Of a DNA stretch of 26,935 nt, positions 1 to 8,974 are shown piece after piece. The stretch spans positions 1-26,935 of IMG/VR virus record IMGVR_UViG_3300044742_000172; one strand, 5' to 3'. The stretch is from a virus (taxonomy: Duplodnaviria; Caudoviricetes). Both the position numbers and the translations under genes were made by a program. The stretch's first letter is position 1, and each line of letters begins with the position of its first letter. The notes under the pieces are model-generated. The model had not been told where the DNA came from and did no database searches. It saw only the letters and a program-made list of their open reading frames with translations.

Positions 1-180
1 GAACACGCTGAGCATGATCCCGGTGGCGGCGAACGGGGTCGTGGCGATCAGCTGCGCGTAGCTGCCCTTCGTGTTCGCTGACCCGGCTGCGGTGACGGTC
101 GTGCCGAGCGTGCTGGCGGCGGTGGCGCCGCACGCCGCGACCCTTGACCCTTTCGCGACCGCGAGCGGCCAGCCGGTCAC
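1..180 (-). CDS. Putative virion structural protein, N-terminal part only (runs off window); paralog of 177..1019
   Basis: GTG at 180 overlaps the upstream TGA (GTGA). Manual translation MTGWPLAVAKGSRVAACGATAASTLGTTVTAAGSANTKGSYAQLIATTPFAATGIMLSVF has the same NTKG..(W/Y).QL motif as 177..1019. Confidence 0.7.
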   Translation of the reverse strand, partial: MTGWPLAVAKGSRVAACGATAASTLGTTVTAAGSANTKGSYAQLIATTPFAATGIMLSVF

Positions 181-1019
181 GCGAGGCACACGACGGCGCA
201 GTCGATCACGCGGTCGGTCGACGACGTGACGCTGCTGGCGCAGCGGGCGGCGATCCTGACACCGGCGGGCAGCTCGACGGGCAGCGAGTACCACGGGTTC
301 GAGAAGTTGACGCCGCCACCTGAGCTGTCGATCGTGACTGGCAGGTCGGGCACGACGACGATCTCCGAGCTTGCGGCGCCGACGCCTATGTCGACGAGGA
401 ACGTGGTGTCGGCCGCCACGCCGCCGTTCGTCGATGTTTGTAGCTGCACCATCATCCAGCGGCACGGCGCCGACGACGCGGCCGTCAGCTCGGCCCACAC
501 GCCCTTCGTGTTGCCGCTGGCGCCGCCGTCGAGCTGCACCCCGGTCGAGTCGGCCGTCTCGGCGCCGTACGTGTACGCCTTTTGTAGCGGGGCGCCGCCA
601 AGCAGCTCGCCCGACACGAGCAGGATCTGGAAGTTGTACGACCGGGCGGTACCCGCCGACAGGGCTTGCGCTCGCATCGACAAGCGCGTGCCGCGAGGTA
701 TGTGCAGCGGTATGAACGCCCCGGCCTGACCGGCGCCGCCCTGGCGGCCCTTACTGATGATGTTCGGCAGGATCACATTTTCCGATCCGGCGCCGCCGAT
801 ACCGAGGTCGGCCAGGTACCAGCCGACCAGGTTCGACCAGCACTTCGTCCATACCGGCATCACCCCGATCGCGTTGAACTTCGTCGACGCGATCAGCTGC
901 GTCCAGCCGCTTTTTGTGTTCGTCGTCGTCGCCGTCAGCAGGGCCAGGCCGTCGCTGTTCGCGGCGTCGAGCCCTGCTGTTTCGAACGACGTGCCGACGG
1001 TCGCGCAGGCGAACTCCAT
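177..1019 (-). CDS. Putative virion structural protein with two tandem beta-rich repeats
   Basis: Gly/Ala/Ser/Thr-rich. Internal repeat NTKSGWTQL...YLADLGIGGAGSENVILPNI...IPLHIPRGTRLSMR versus NTKGVWAEL...FLVDIGVGAASSEIVVVPDL...LPVELPAGVRIAAR. Lies downstream of the capsid gene. Confidence 0.65.
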   Translation of the reverse strand: MEFACATVGTSFETAGLDAANSDGLALLTATTTNTKSGWTQLIASTKFNAIGVMPVWTKCWSNLVGWYLADLGIGGAGSENVILPNIISKGRQGGAGQAGAFIPLHIPRGTRLSMRAQALSAGTARSYNFQILLVSGELLGGAPLQKAYTYGAETADSTGVQLDGGASGNTKGVWAELTAASSAPCRWMMVQLQTSTNGGVAADTTFLVDIGVGAASSEIVVVPDLPVTIDSSGGGVNFSNPWYSLPVELPAGVRIAARCASSVTSSTDRVIDCAVVCLA

Positions 1020-1032
1020 ACGGGCCGCCGGT

Positions 1033-1404
1033 CTACGTGAATTGCAGCTTGAACGTGAAGTCGATGGTGTCGTTGAGTACCAGCGCCACCCCGGTGAAGT
1101 CGCCTTTCACGTACAGGTTCCCTGACGTCGACGCGTCGAACACCCCGGCGTTCGTGATCGTTTTCGACCCGTTCGCGACCATCTGCCCGACGACCTGATG
1201 CGAGTCGTTCGTGACGGTCGTCGTCACCCTGGTCGACGTGCCCGACACGCGGGCCTCTGACGCCTCGGTGAACAGCGTCGTGTCGGCGACGGCGGCGGTA
1301 CCTGCCCCTGTGCCCCACGCGACGTATTTCGGCTCGGTACCGGCCCCGATGATCCGGTTAGTGGTGATCGCCTTCCCGGCGTCCGCGAACACGCTCGCCA
1401 TCAC
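1033..1404 (-). CDS. Small virion structural protein, resembling tail-collar/fibre N-terminal adaptor domains
   Basis: YVAWGTG...DTTLFTE...ITNAGVFDA..GNL pattern recalled from phage fibre/collar N-terminal domains. Coupled to upstream gene; start 1404 (GTG) or 1401 (ATG). Confidence 0.6.
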   Translation of the reverse strand: MMASVFADAGKAITTNRIIGAGTEPKYVAWGTGAGTAAVADTTLFTEASEARVSGTSTRVTTTVTNDSHQVVGQMVANGSKTITNAGVFDASTSGNLYVKGDFTGVALVLNDTIDFTFKLQFT

Positions 1405-1667
1405 GTCACCCGCCTTCGCTCGACGGTCGGCACGAACTCGATCGAGTGGTACTCGCCCACCTGCTTGTCTCCGTCGACTTCGCCTAGCTCGTACAGGGCG
1501 ACGTCGCCGCTGTCGATGTCCTCGGTCATGGCGGCTTCGACGTCGTCGTGGTACCAGTACGCCTTCCCGCCTTCGACCATGACAGCCAGGTCCGAAGGCA
1601 GCGAGCGGCCCATAGGCATCTTCTCGCCCTTCAGCGGGCCGTCCTTGAACCTAGCCTCATAGGTCAT
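1401..1667 (-). CDS. Hypothetical protein, acidic, 88 aa (MTYEARFKDGPLKGE...)
   Basis: ATGA overlap with the upstream stop at 1664-1667; start re-assigned from 1766. Confidence 0.6.
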   Translation of the reverse strand: MTYEARFKDGPLKGEKMPMGRSLPSDLAVMVEGGKAYWYHDDVEAAMTEDIDSGDVALYELGEVDGDKQVGEYHSIEFVPTVERRRVT

Positions 1668-1939
1668 GGCATCTCCCACGGTTCGATGTGTTCCCATCCT
1701 CGTATCGACTCGACGCCCTCGAACGTCTCGTAGTCGACACGTAGCGGCCTGCCGTTGCTGTCCCACCCGTACCTGCTACCGGCCGACCTGTTCTCCTTCT
1801 GGCCGTCGGTGCGGGTGATGACCATGTCGATGCTGCTGACCGCGTGCGAGCGCACCATGATCGGCGGCACGGCCCGCCCGGCCTTCATCGTCATACCGGC
1901 CACGCCGGTCGCGCTCGCGCTCAGGTCGTGCTCGGTCAT
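1664..1939 (-). CDS. Hypothetical protein in the structural operon
   Basis: 91-aa ORF with ATGA overlaps at both ends. Confidence 0.6.
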   Translation of the reverse strand: MTEHDLSASATGVAGMTMKAGRAVPPIMVRSHAVSSIDMVITRTDGQKENRSAGSRYGWDSNGRPLRVDYETFEGVESIRGWEHIEPWEMP

Positions 1940-2205
1940 GGCGTGACGGGGCCGCCGACGGTGTCGCCGTCCAGCACCTTCTTGCGGCCGTCAACGGTGT
2001 CGCCGACGACGAGCCCGCTTGTGTCGTCGTACACGTCAAGCATCACCGAGCTGACCGGCACGGGCGCGGCGGGGTCTTCGACGACGCTGTCCTCGTTGGC
2101 TTCGGCGTCCTCGGCCGTGACCTCCTCGCCGATCGCGTATTTCAGGTAGCCGTGCCCGAGCGCGTCGGTGCCGACTATGTCTTCGGTCGCGAAGAACGCC
2201 ATCAC
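1936..2205 (-). CDS. Small acidic capsid-adjacent protein; paralog of 2202..2594
   Basis: Coupled ORF. Shares KYAIGE/RYAAGD and DD.SGLVVGDTVDGRKK/DDDTGLIVGDTFEGRRK with its neighbour. Confidence 0.7.
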   Translation of the reverse strand: MMAFFATEDIVGTDALGHGYLKYAIGEEVTAEDAEANEDSVVEDPAAPVPVSSVMLDVYDDTSGLVVGDTVDGRKKVLDGDTVGGPVTP

Positions 2206-2594
2206 TTGTCCCCGGCCGGTGCCTTCGCCTTGTTCTGCGCTGGCGTCTTGCGCTTGCGGCGCCCTTCGAACGTGTCGCCCACGATCAGGCCGGTGTCGTC
2301 GTCGGCGACTGTGCCGCTGACGGGCTCGTCGGGCGGCCCTTCTTTCTCGACCATCCTCGCGTACTTTTTCGCGTCGTCGTCGCCGACCGGGTCACCGGCG
2401 GCGTACCTGACGAACATGTTGCCGTTCGCGTCTTCCTCGAGGATCTCTTCTTTCGCGATGTTCCCCATGCGCCCTCCTGACGTGGTGGTGCGTATCAGGC
2501 CCACGACGGTCGGTCGCGCGTGGGGATCATGCCCGCACGCCGAGTCTGCCGTGCCGCACAGGCGGCAGGCTCGTGGCGGGTCGATGATCTCCAC
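2202..2594 (-). CDS. Small capsid-adjacent protein with Cys-rich N-terminus; alternative in-frame start at 2468
   Basis: Directly follows the capsid gene. CRLCG..DSACGH motif; AGGAGG before internal ATG 2468; basic C-terminal tail PAQNKAKAP. Confidence 0.65.
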   Translation of the reverse strand: MEIIDPPRACRLCGTADSACGHDPHARPTVVGLIRTTTSGGRMGNIAKEEILEEDANGNMFVRYAAGDPVGDDDAKKYARMVEKEGPPDEPVSGTVADDDTGLIVGDTFEGRRKRKTPAQNKAKAPAGDK

Positions 2595-2617
2595 ACGTCA
2601 CCCTTCCCGGGGTCGAC

Positions 2618-3910
2618 CTACAGGCCAGTGACCTTGCAGAACGCTGCCGGGCGCGGCACACCGAAGGCCCATCGGCCTTCCGCGAGCACCGCGACCAGGT
2701 TCTTGATGAAGAAGTCGGCGTGCTCGGTCGACGCGGTGACGGTGACGCCTTCGCGAGCCCACAGGATCGCCTGCTTGAAGTCGCCGACGAGGGCTGTGCC
2801 TGCGGCGATCAGCGGCGTCGTGATGACCGGCACGCCCCACAGGGTGAGGGTGCCGCCGACCTGCGGGCCGCCGAACAAGAACCCGCCCGTACCGGCCGCT
2901 GCGCCACTGTCGTCACGGACGAGCCGGATCGCCTGCCAGTCGGCCGGGTTCATCACGATCGCGTTCGGCTCCATGAACGCGGCCCTGACGACGTCGAGCG
3001 CCTTCAGTATCGCGACCATGCCGCTGTCGGACGCCTTCGCCTGCGTGCCGATACCTGACGTGTTCAGCAGGCCGCGCAGGTTCGGCGCGGTGCCGTTGCC
3101 GTTCAGTATCTCGGCTTCTAGCCGCAGGTCGATGCCGAGCCGCAGCTGACCGTCGATCAGGTCGCTCATCTGGGCTGCGTCCGACAGGGCGCGGCGTGTG
3201 ACGGCGACCCAATGCGCGATCGTCTGCACCGGGCTCTGGACTATGTCGAACGCGAACGTCGACTCGGGCTTCGTGCCGGTCGCCTGGTCGACAGCCTCGG
3301 CGACTTCGGCGGCCGCGTTCGTGAACGAGGTCATCTTGACCCACTCGACGGTGTCCGAGTCGGTGCTGTTCACTGACACGAGGTCGATCAGCTTGATCGG
3401 CCGCTGCAACAGGTTGTAGAACCCGGCGAGCCGGTCGGGCTGCACGAAGATGCCGGCGGACGTGTCGGAGGCGCCGGTGATTAGCGCCTTGACGCCGTCA
3501 CGGTCCAATACTTCGACGGGGTCAGTGTGGATGCGCGCCCGCTCCGAGTGCAGGGTGCCGCCACCGAGCAGCCGCTTGTAGCTTTCCGAGCCGACCCACT
3601 TCTGCCCCATCGACAGGCGGGCCTTACCGGCCGGTGCGTCGTCGCCCTTGTCGCTGGCGGGCTCACCGGGACGCGGGTCGGCGGTGCCTTCCATCTTGAC
3701 GGCGGCCGCCCACTTGCGCTCCAGGTCGTCGATCGTCGCGGCGATCTCCTGATGCTTGCCGAACAGCCCTTCCAGCTCGGCGAACTGCTCGTCGGTGACG
3801 TCGTCGTTGTCGACGGTCGCCTGACGCTTCGCCTCGTACTCGTCGTACGCCTGCTTCGCGTCCTCGCGCGCCTTCTCAAGCTGCGCCCGGAACTTGTCAC
3901 TCAGGTGCAT
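2618..3910 (-). CDS. HK97-fold major capsid protein with N-terminal coiled-coil delta domain
   Basis: Motifs AGIFVQP, AAEVAE..KPES, TIAHWVAVTRRALSD, ILNGNG..PNLRGLL, MNPADW, TLWGVPV, ALVGDF, FIKNLVAVLAEGR, RPAAF. AAGGAGG precedes ATG 3910. Confidence 0.96.
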   Translation of the reverse strand: MHLSDKFRAQLEKAREDAKQAYDEYEAKRQATVDNDDVTDEQFAELEGLFGKHQEIAATIDDLERKWAAAVKMEGTADPRPGEPASDKGDDAPAGKARLSMGQKWVGSESYKRLLGGGTLHSERARIHTDPVEVLDRDGVKALITGASDTSAGIFVQPDRLAGFYNLLQRPIKLIDLVSVNSTDSDTVEWVKMTSFTNAAAEVAEAVDQATGTKPESTFAFDIVQSPVQTIAHWVAVTRRALSDAAQMSDLIDGQLRLGIDLRLEAEILNGNGTAPNLRGLLNTSGIGTQAKASDSGMVAILKALDVVRAAFMEPNAIVMNPADWQAIRLVRDDSGAAAGTGGFLFGGPQVGGTLTLWGVPVITTPLIAAGTALVGDFKQAILWAREGVTVTASTEHADFFIKNLVAVLAEGRWAFGVPRPAAFCKVTGL

Positions 3911-3929
3911 GTGTTCCCTCCTTCGGTGG

Positions 3930-4838
3930 CTAGACCACGAGCGGCGCACGGGGCGAGCGGTGCTCGCGGGCGCGTCGGTCATCGACGTTGAACAGGGTCT
4001 TTAGTTCGGCGTCGTCGTATTCCCTGAACTCGGGCGGGTGCTTGTCGAACTGCTCGTAGTGCGCAGCCAGGTGCTTGTACACCTTGCCCCTGTCGCCTTC
4101 AGGAATGTCTACTCCACCGCGGGTCCCCAGGAGGGTTCCCATTGCGCCACGTACGCCACGCCACACGACCGGGTGCCCGGCGTCGGCGCGGTGGTGCACG
4201 AGCTTGAACGCGTTCTTCTCGATCGAGCCGTTGCCGTCACGGCCCTGGCTGTCGTACCAGGCGCACATCGCCATCAGGTCGTCGGTGTCGCCTTTCGCGA
4301 ACTCGGCCGCCGCGTCCCACGGGGCGTCCTCGGCGGCGACGGCGGTGCCCTTGAACGGTATGGCGCCCTTCGACCTGACCTGTATCAGCTCGGTCGCGGG
4401 GTTCGCGCCGACCAGGGTCGGGCCGACTTCGAACAGGTCGAGGTCGGCGAGCTCCCGGATTTCTTCGCCGTCCTCGGTGACGCTGTTCGACTGCATGATG
4501 TCGAACGCGAAGCTGAACTCTTTCAGCACGTCGGCCTTCATGGCGGCGTACGCGATGCGGGCGCCTTCCGACTCGTCGAGGAACAGCTTGCCTTCGACTT
4601 CAAGGCCCGACTTCGTCTCCTCGGCGTGCGTGGTGTACCCGATCAGCGACCCGAGGTCTTGCCACTGATGCGAGTAGAACACAGGCGGCAGGCCGCGGTC
4701 TTTCAGGGTTCGTGTGAACGCGCCGGGCATCACCCTGTCGCCTTGTAGGTCGACGTTGCCGAACACGCTGACCAGCGCCTTGAACTCGCCGGGGTCGCCG
4801 TCGGCCTTCACCGCTGCCTTGAACGACTTCTTTTCCAT
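3930..4838 (-). CDS. HK97-family prohead (capsid maturation) protease with extra C-terminal domain
   Basis: SVFGNVDLQGDRVMPGAF, catalytic His (YSHQW), Ser (EFSFAF), LFEVGPTLVGANP. Lies between portal and capsid. Confidence 0.93.
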   Translation of the reverse strand: MEKKSFKAAVKADGDPGEFKALVSVFGNVDLQGDRVMPGAFTRTLKDRGLPPVFYSHQWQDLGSLIGYTTHAEETKSGLEVEGKLFLDESEGARIAYAAMKADVLKEFSFAFDIMQSNSVTEDGEEIRELADLDLFEVGPTLVGANPATELIQVRSKGAIPFKGTAVAAEDAPWDAAAEFAKGDTDDLMAMCAWYDSQGRDGNGSIEKNAFKLVHHRADAGHPVVWRGVRGAMGTLLGTRGGVDIPEGDRGKVYKHLAAHYEQFDKHPPEFREYDDAELKTLFNVDDRRAREHRSPRAPLVV

Positions 4839-6167
4839 CTAACCTCCGTTCAGGCTATGCCCGTTGCCGGATAGTACGTCAGCCGCGACGAGTGTACGCA
4901 TCGCCTGCACGACCTGCGTGACGTCGTCGGCGGGCGCCTGCTCGACGTCGTCGCCGACCGCCCGCATGTTCAGCGGCAGCAGTATCGCGTCGGCGAGCGG
5001 GTCGTCGATGCGTTTCAAGCCCTCGATGCGGCGCAGCTCGTTCGCGGTGTACACCGACGAGATACGGAACTGAGCGTAGGCGGCGGCACGCTCTTGCGGG
5101 CTGCCTTTCAGCATTTCGTTCAGGTCGAACCTGACGGTCTGCCCTTCGAACGTCGACTCACCGGCGATCAGCTGCACGTCGAGGGTGTCGGTCATGTTCA
5201 CGAGCCAGGGGCCGTACGTGTCCTGGTACAGCATCCGGTGCTGCTCGCTGACATTCGAGAACGTCGCCCGGTCGAGTATCCCGATCGCCGGTGGCGGTAT
5301 GTCGTAGGCGGCGGCTACTTCCTCGCGGGTCAGGCGCCTGGTCTCGATCGTCTGTGAGTCGGCCGCCGAGTACCCGAACGGTTTCCAGTCCATGCCGCCT
5401 GACAGCATCAGCATGCGGAACGAGTTGTCGACCCCGGCGTGCAGGCTGTCGATCTTGGCTTGTAGGGCGGCTTCTTGCTCGACGCGCATACGGGCCGGGT
5501 GGACGAGGGCGCCCGATGGGCGGGCCGCGTTGCTGAAGTTGGCGATCCCGTAGCGTTGCGCGGCGTCCTCAAGGGCGAGGGTTCGACGCAACGGTTCGAG
5601 CGGGGAGATCCCTGGCCCTTCCGGCCCGTACCACTGGAAGTGTACGACGTCGTCGGGGTAGAAGATTCGTTCGCCGTCGCCGCCGTAGCGGTACGCAGCG
5701 ACCGGCGTGTTGGTACCGGCGATCGGCTCGATGCGTCGCCAGTCGACGGGCCACAGCTCGGCCGGTGGGGCGCCCCGGCCGGGGCGCCACTTCACGAGCA
5801 GCGCGTTGCCGTGTATCGCCATCTGGCCGACGACGAACTCTTTGACGGTGTACCCCGACCCGCGCGGGTACGGCCGGTTCAGCAGGCTGTCGAGCGGGCC
5901 ACCGAGGTCGCGGTCTTCGTTGCCTTCGACGTCTTGTGTGTAGCCGCCCCACGGTAGGCGGCCGATGCCTCGCATCAGCTTGTTACAGACGATGTACACC
6001 CACGGCTGCGCCCGGTACAGGGTGACGTAGCTGGCGCCTCGTTCGGCGCCGAGCAGGTCGATGCCCCTGGGCTGGCCGATGACGCTACCGGCGTTGTTCG
6101 TTCTGGCCCCGGCGAGCGGCCACGACTTCGCGGCGGTCGGCCTGCCGTCCGAGATGACGACGGTCAC
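4839..6167 (-). CDS. HK97-family portal protein
   Basis: LLNRP, HGNAL, ELWPV, DVVHF, GISPLE, FSNAARPSG, LSGGMDWKP, REEVAAAYDIPP, FSNVSEQ, TANELRRIEGL. GTG 6167 overlaps the upstream TGA. Confidence 0.95.
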   Translation of the reverse strand: MTVVISDGRPTAAKSWPLAGARTNNAGSVIGQPRGIDLLGAERGASYVTLYRAQPWVYIVCNKLMRGIGRLPWGGYTQDVEGNEDRDLGGPLDSLLNRPYPRGSGYTVKEFVVGQMAIHGNALLVKWRPGRGAPPAELWPVDWRRIEPIAGTNTPVAAYRYGGDGERIFYPDDVVHFQWYGPEGPGISPLEPLRRTLALEDAAQRYGIANFSNAARPSGALVHPARMRVEQEAALQAKIDSLHAGVDNSFRMLMLSGGMDWKPFGYSAADSQTIETRRLTREEVAAAYDIPPPAIGILDRATFSNVSEQHRMLYQDTYGPWLVNMTDTLDVQLIAGESTFEGQTVRFDLNEMLKGSPQERAAAYAQFRISSVYTANELRRIEGLKRIDDPLADAILLPLNMRAVGDDVEQAPADDVTQVVQAMRTLVAADVLSGNGHSLNGG

Positions 6168-6379
6168 AGGTCGGGCCTCTGCACGAACCTGACGGCGTGG
6201 CGGGGCACCCACACTTCGCCGTCGACTTTCACCGTGGTGTCGCCGAGCAGCGTCGCGTGGGCCAGCACGATCCAGTCATCGTAGACCCCTGTCAGGACTC
6301 CATCTAGTGATTGCCCCGTCGCGTCGTTCACGATCACCCGCTCGCGAATGGGGATAGTGCGGACGCGACGGGGCCACAT
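6164..6379 (-). CDS. Small Sm/LSm-like beta-barrel protein
   Basis: RVIVN..TGQSLDGVL......IVL.HA......VDGEVWVPR..VRFVQ matches the Sm1/Sm2 pattern; 71 aa, coupled to portal. Confidence 0.6.
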   Translation of the reverse strand: MWPRRVRTIPIRERVIVNDATGQSLDGVLTGVYDDWIVLAHATLLGDTTVKVDGEVWVPRHAVRFVQRPDL

Positions 6380-6387
6380 GTGCCCGG

Positions 6388-6885
6388 TTAGGCAGGCGGT
6401 GTTTCGGTGCTGCCTTCGGTGAAGTCGACCGAGCCGACGGCTGCGTCGCCCGCGCTGACGTTCACGAGCCCGGTCGCGGTGACCGTCGAGCCGTCGTCGT
6501 TCGTCGAGTTGACGGTGACGACCGCGCTGCCTGGCGTACCGGCGATCGTGACGTCGGCGCTCAGGCCGTCCTCACCGGCGGCGACCGTGGCGACGCTCTC
6601 GTCGCTCGACGTCCACTGAGGAACGTCGTCGGCCGTGGTCGGGTGCCCGTGCGCGTCGACGAAGCTGACGGCCGCGTGCAGCGGCTCGGCCTGCGTGTCA
6701 GGAACGGTGATTTCTCCCATGTCTAGCTCGACCTCCTTGCCTGGTGTGATGGCGCTCTGCCAGCCCGCGATAGCCTGGGCTGGTACGCCCGGTGCCGCCC
6801 GCTCGATCGCGTCGGCCACCGCGAACAGCCACTCACTGATGAGCCTGGCGTTCGTGCGTACGAGCCGGTCAAGGAACGATCCCAT
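6388..6885 (-). CDS. Ig-like (Big_2-type) domain protein; strong alternative start at 6720
   Basis: WTSSDESVATV signature followed by G.A.VTV strands. AAGGAGGT lies 10 nt before ATG 6720. Confidence 0.7.
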   Translation of the reverse strand: MGSFLDRLVRTNARLISEWLFAVADAIERAAPGVPAQAIAGWQSAITPGKEVELDMGEITVPDTQAEPLHAAVSFVDAHGHPTTADDVPQWTSSDESVATVAAGEDGLSADVTIAGTPGSAVVTVNSTNDDGSTVTATGLVNVSAGDAAVGSVDFTEGSTETPPA

Positions 6886-6898
6886 TGAGTCGTCCAGT

Positions 6899-8473
6899 CT
6901 ACGCGAGGCTTGTCACGTCGGCCTGCGCCCCACCGAATTCTTCTTCGACGCCGACGCGGTGGGCCATCAGCAGGGCGATGCAGCAGTCCATCGGGCGCTG
7001 CGAGTGACGCTTGTCGAGCCGCCAGCCGATACCGACGTCACGTACCGACCCGGCGTATATCTGCGCCTGGAACACGGGGTCGTTGTCGTGCTCGATCGAC
7101 CCGTCGACGATCGCGTCGTACAGGTCTTGGCTGGCGGGGCACATGCGCGGGTTCGACTGCGGGAACTCCTCCATCGGCAGCCCTTCTTCTTCGAGGTCTT
7201 CGGCTGAGCGGCCGAACCTGTACGGGTCGTACGGGGCGGCGATCAGCTGGTACTCGTGCGCCAGCTCGCGCACGTAGTCCTCGATCAGGCGGCGCGGTAT
7301 CGACCGGCGTAGGTGTACGTGCGCTGCCGGTTTCGGCTTCGACGGGTCGTCCCACACGGCCCACACCTGCGCCCTGGCGACCCACCGGCCGTTCTTCAAA
7401 CTGACCCACACGACGGCTGTCGTGTCGCGGTTCTTGCTGGCGTCGATGCCGACATAGATCGGGTCGCCGCGTTCCAGGGGCGTGGTACCGGCTAGGCGTT
7501 CCCAGGCGCCGGGCGGCAGCCACGCTTCGTCGGCCTCGGTCCAGAAGTTGCAGTGGAACCGCTTGAACACGAACGGCGGTTTCTCGCGGCCGAGCTTCAC
7601 GAGCTGCGCCTTCGTGATCCATGATGCGGGGTTCACTTTTTTGGCGACGGCGAACTTGCCGTGCTCGATCTGGTCGAGGTCGTCGGCGCCTAGCTCGGGC
7701 ACGTAGAAGAACAGGTCGTCGCGTGAGCCTGTTTTGCCTTGCAGGTACACCTGGCCGCACACCGTTTCGAGGTCGGCCCCGGCGTTCGTTATCGGCAGGA
7801 TCATCGGCTGCGACCTGGCGATGGTGCCGCCCTTCAGTACGTCGTACAGCTCGCGTGTGCGGTGGCGGTGCAGCTCGTCGATGACGGCGGCGTGCACGTT
7901 GGCGCCTTCTTCGAATAGGGCGTCAGCTGAGATGACCTTGAACGTGCCGTCGTTGTCGGGGCACACGATCGTGTTGCGGTACACGCGGCACCAGTCGGCC
8001 AGCACGGGTGACTTCTCGACCATCGCCTTCGCCTGGTCGAACACGATGCGGGCCTGGTCGCGTTTCGTCGCGGCGCTGAACACATGCGGGGCGTTTTCGC
8101 CGTCGGCCGCCAGGAAGTACAGGGCGAACGCCGCAGCCAGCGTCGACTTCCCGTTCTTTTTGGCGATCTGTACGTACGCCTCGGTGTACCGGCGCAGGCC
8201 CGGCTCGACGGGCGGCTCGTCGGCCAGCCTGGTCAGCCAGGCGGCGACGGCTTCGGCGCACCCTTGCGCTGTACGGGCGCGCGCGGCGGGTATCGTCGTC
8301 CACCGCTCGTTGTCTGTCTGTAGCAAGCCTGACGCGAGGTCGAGCTGCCACGGTTCGAGCAGCAGCGGGTCACCGGCCCACCGGCCGATCGTCTGTCTGA
8401 TCGCGACATGACAGAACCGGTGGAACCGCGCCCCGCCGAGACTGACACGCAGCGGCTTGCCGGGCTGCCACAT
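6899..8473 (-). CDS. terL: Terminase large subunit (HK97/D3-like, Terminase_1)
   Basis: LEPWQ, Walker A IAKKNGKST, AATKRDQARIVF, Walker B AVIDELH, ITNAG, nuclease YVGIDAS..RDTTA, YDPY, EFPQ, MDCCIALLMA. Confidence 0.96.
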   Translation of the reverse strand: MWQPGKPLRVSLGGARFHRFCHVAIRQTIGRWAGDPLLLEPWQLDLASGLLQTDNERWTTIPAARARTAQGCAEAVAAWLTRLADEPPVEPGLRRYTEAYVQIAKKNGKSTLAAAFALYFLAADGENAPHVFSAATKRDQARIVFDQAKAMVEKSPVLADWCRVYRNTIVCPDNDGTFKVISADALFEEGANVHAAVIDELHRHRTRELYDVLKGGTIARSQPMILPITNAGADLETVCGQVYLQGKTGSRDDLFFYVPELGADDLDQIEHGKFAVAKKVNPASWITKAQLVKLGREKPPFVFKRFHCNFWTEADEAWLPPGAWERLAGTTPLERGDPIYVGIDASKNRDTTAVVWVSLKNGRWVARAQVWAVWDDPSKPKPAAHVHLRRSIPRRLIEDYVRELAHEYQLIAAPYDPYRFGRSAEDLEEEGLPMEEFPQSNPRMCPASQDLYDAIVDGSIEHDNDPVFQAQIYAGSVRDVGIGWRLDKRHSQRPMDCCIALLMAHRVGVEEEFGGAQADVTSLA

Positions 8474-8479
8474 CAGCCG

Positions 8480-8974
8480 CTAGTCGACGCGTCGGTTGTT
8501 CGGGCCGAGCAGCCTGTCCATCTCGACGTCGAGCTTGCGTTTCTTGGCGCCCTCAAGGCCGAGCCGCGCACGAGCCGACGGGGTCGCCGCGAACTGCTCA
8601 GCGAACCGCAGGTACAGGGCCGCGTTCGCCTGCGCGATCGCGACGGCCGGGGCGACAACGACCTGCCCCATCGACCCGAGCGCGTACATGCCGAACTCCT
8701 CGACGTCCTGGCGGGCGCGTTCGAACAGCGCGTACGCCACGCACATCATGCGCGCCGCCGGAAGGTCGATACGGTCGAGTATTCCTGCCTCGTCGAGCCT
8801 GACCACGAAGTCGTCCCAGTATTCGTCAGCCTCAGCAGGCAGGTCGGCGGGCTTCTCTAACGTGCCGTGCGGGCGCCCGGCCACCACGACAGGCAGCGGC
8901 GGGTGCGCGTCCTTGACGCGCTTGCGCCCCTCGCTGATGCGCTGTTCAGCTGGCTTCGGCTTGCGGCCGCGCAC
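8480..8974 (-). CDS. terS: Terminase small subunit, P27 family
   Basis: N-terminal RGRKPKP, P..L..EA..YW, GIL..ID, PAVAI, FAATPSARARL; immediately upstream of TerL. Confidence 0.92.
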   Translation of the reverse strand: MRGRKPKPAEQRISEGRKRVKDAHPPLPVVVAGRPHGTLEKPADLPAEADEYWDDFVVRLDEAGILDRIDLPAARMMCVAYALFERARQDVEEFGMYALGSMGQVVVAPAVAIAQANAALYLRFAEQFAATPSARARLGLEGAKKRKLDVEMDRLLGPNNRRVD

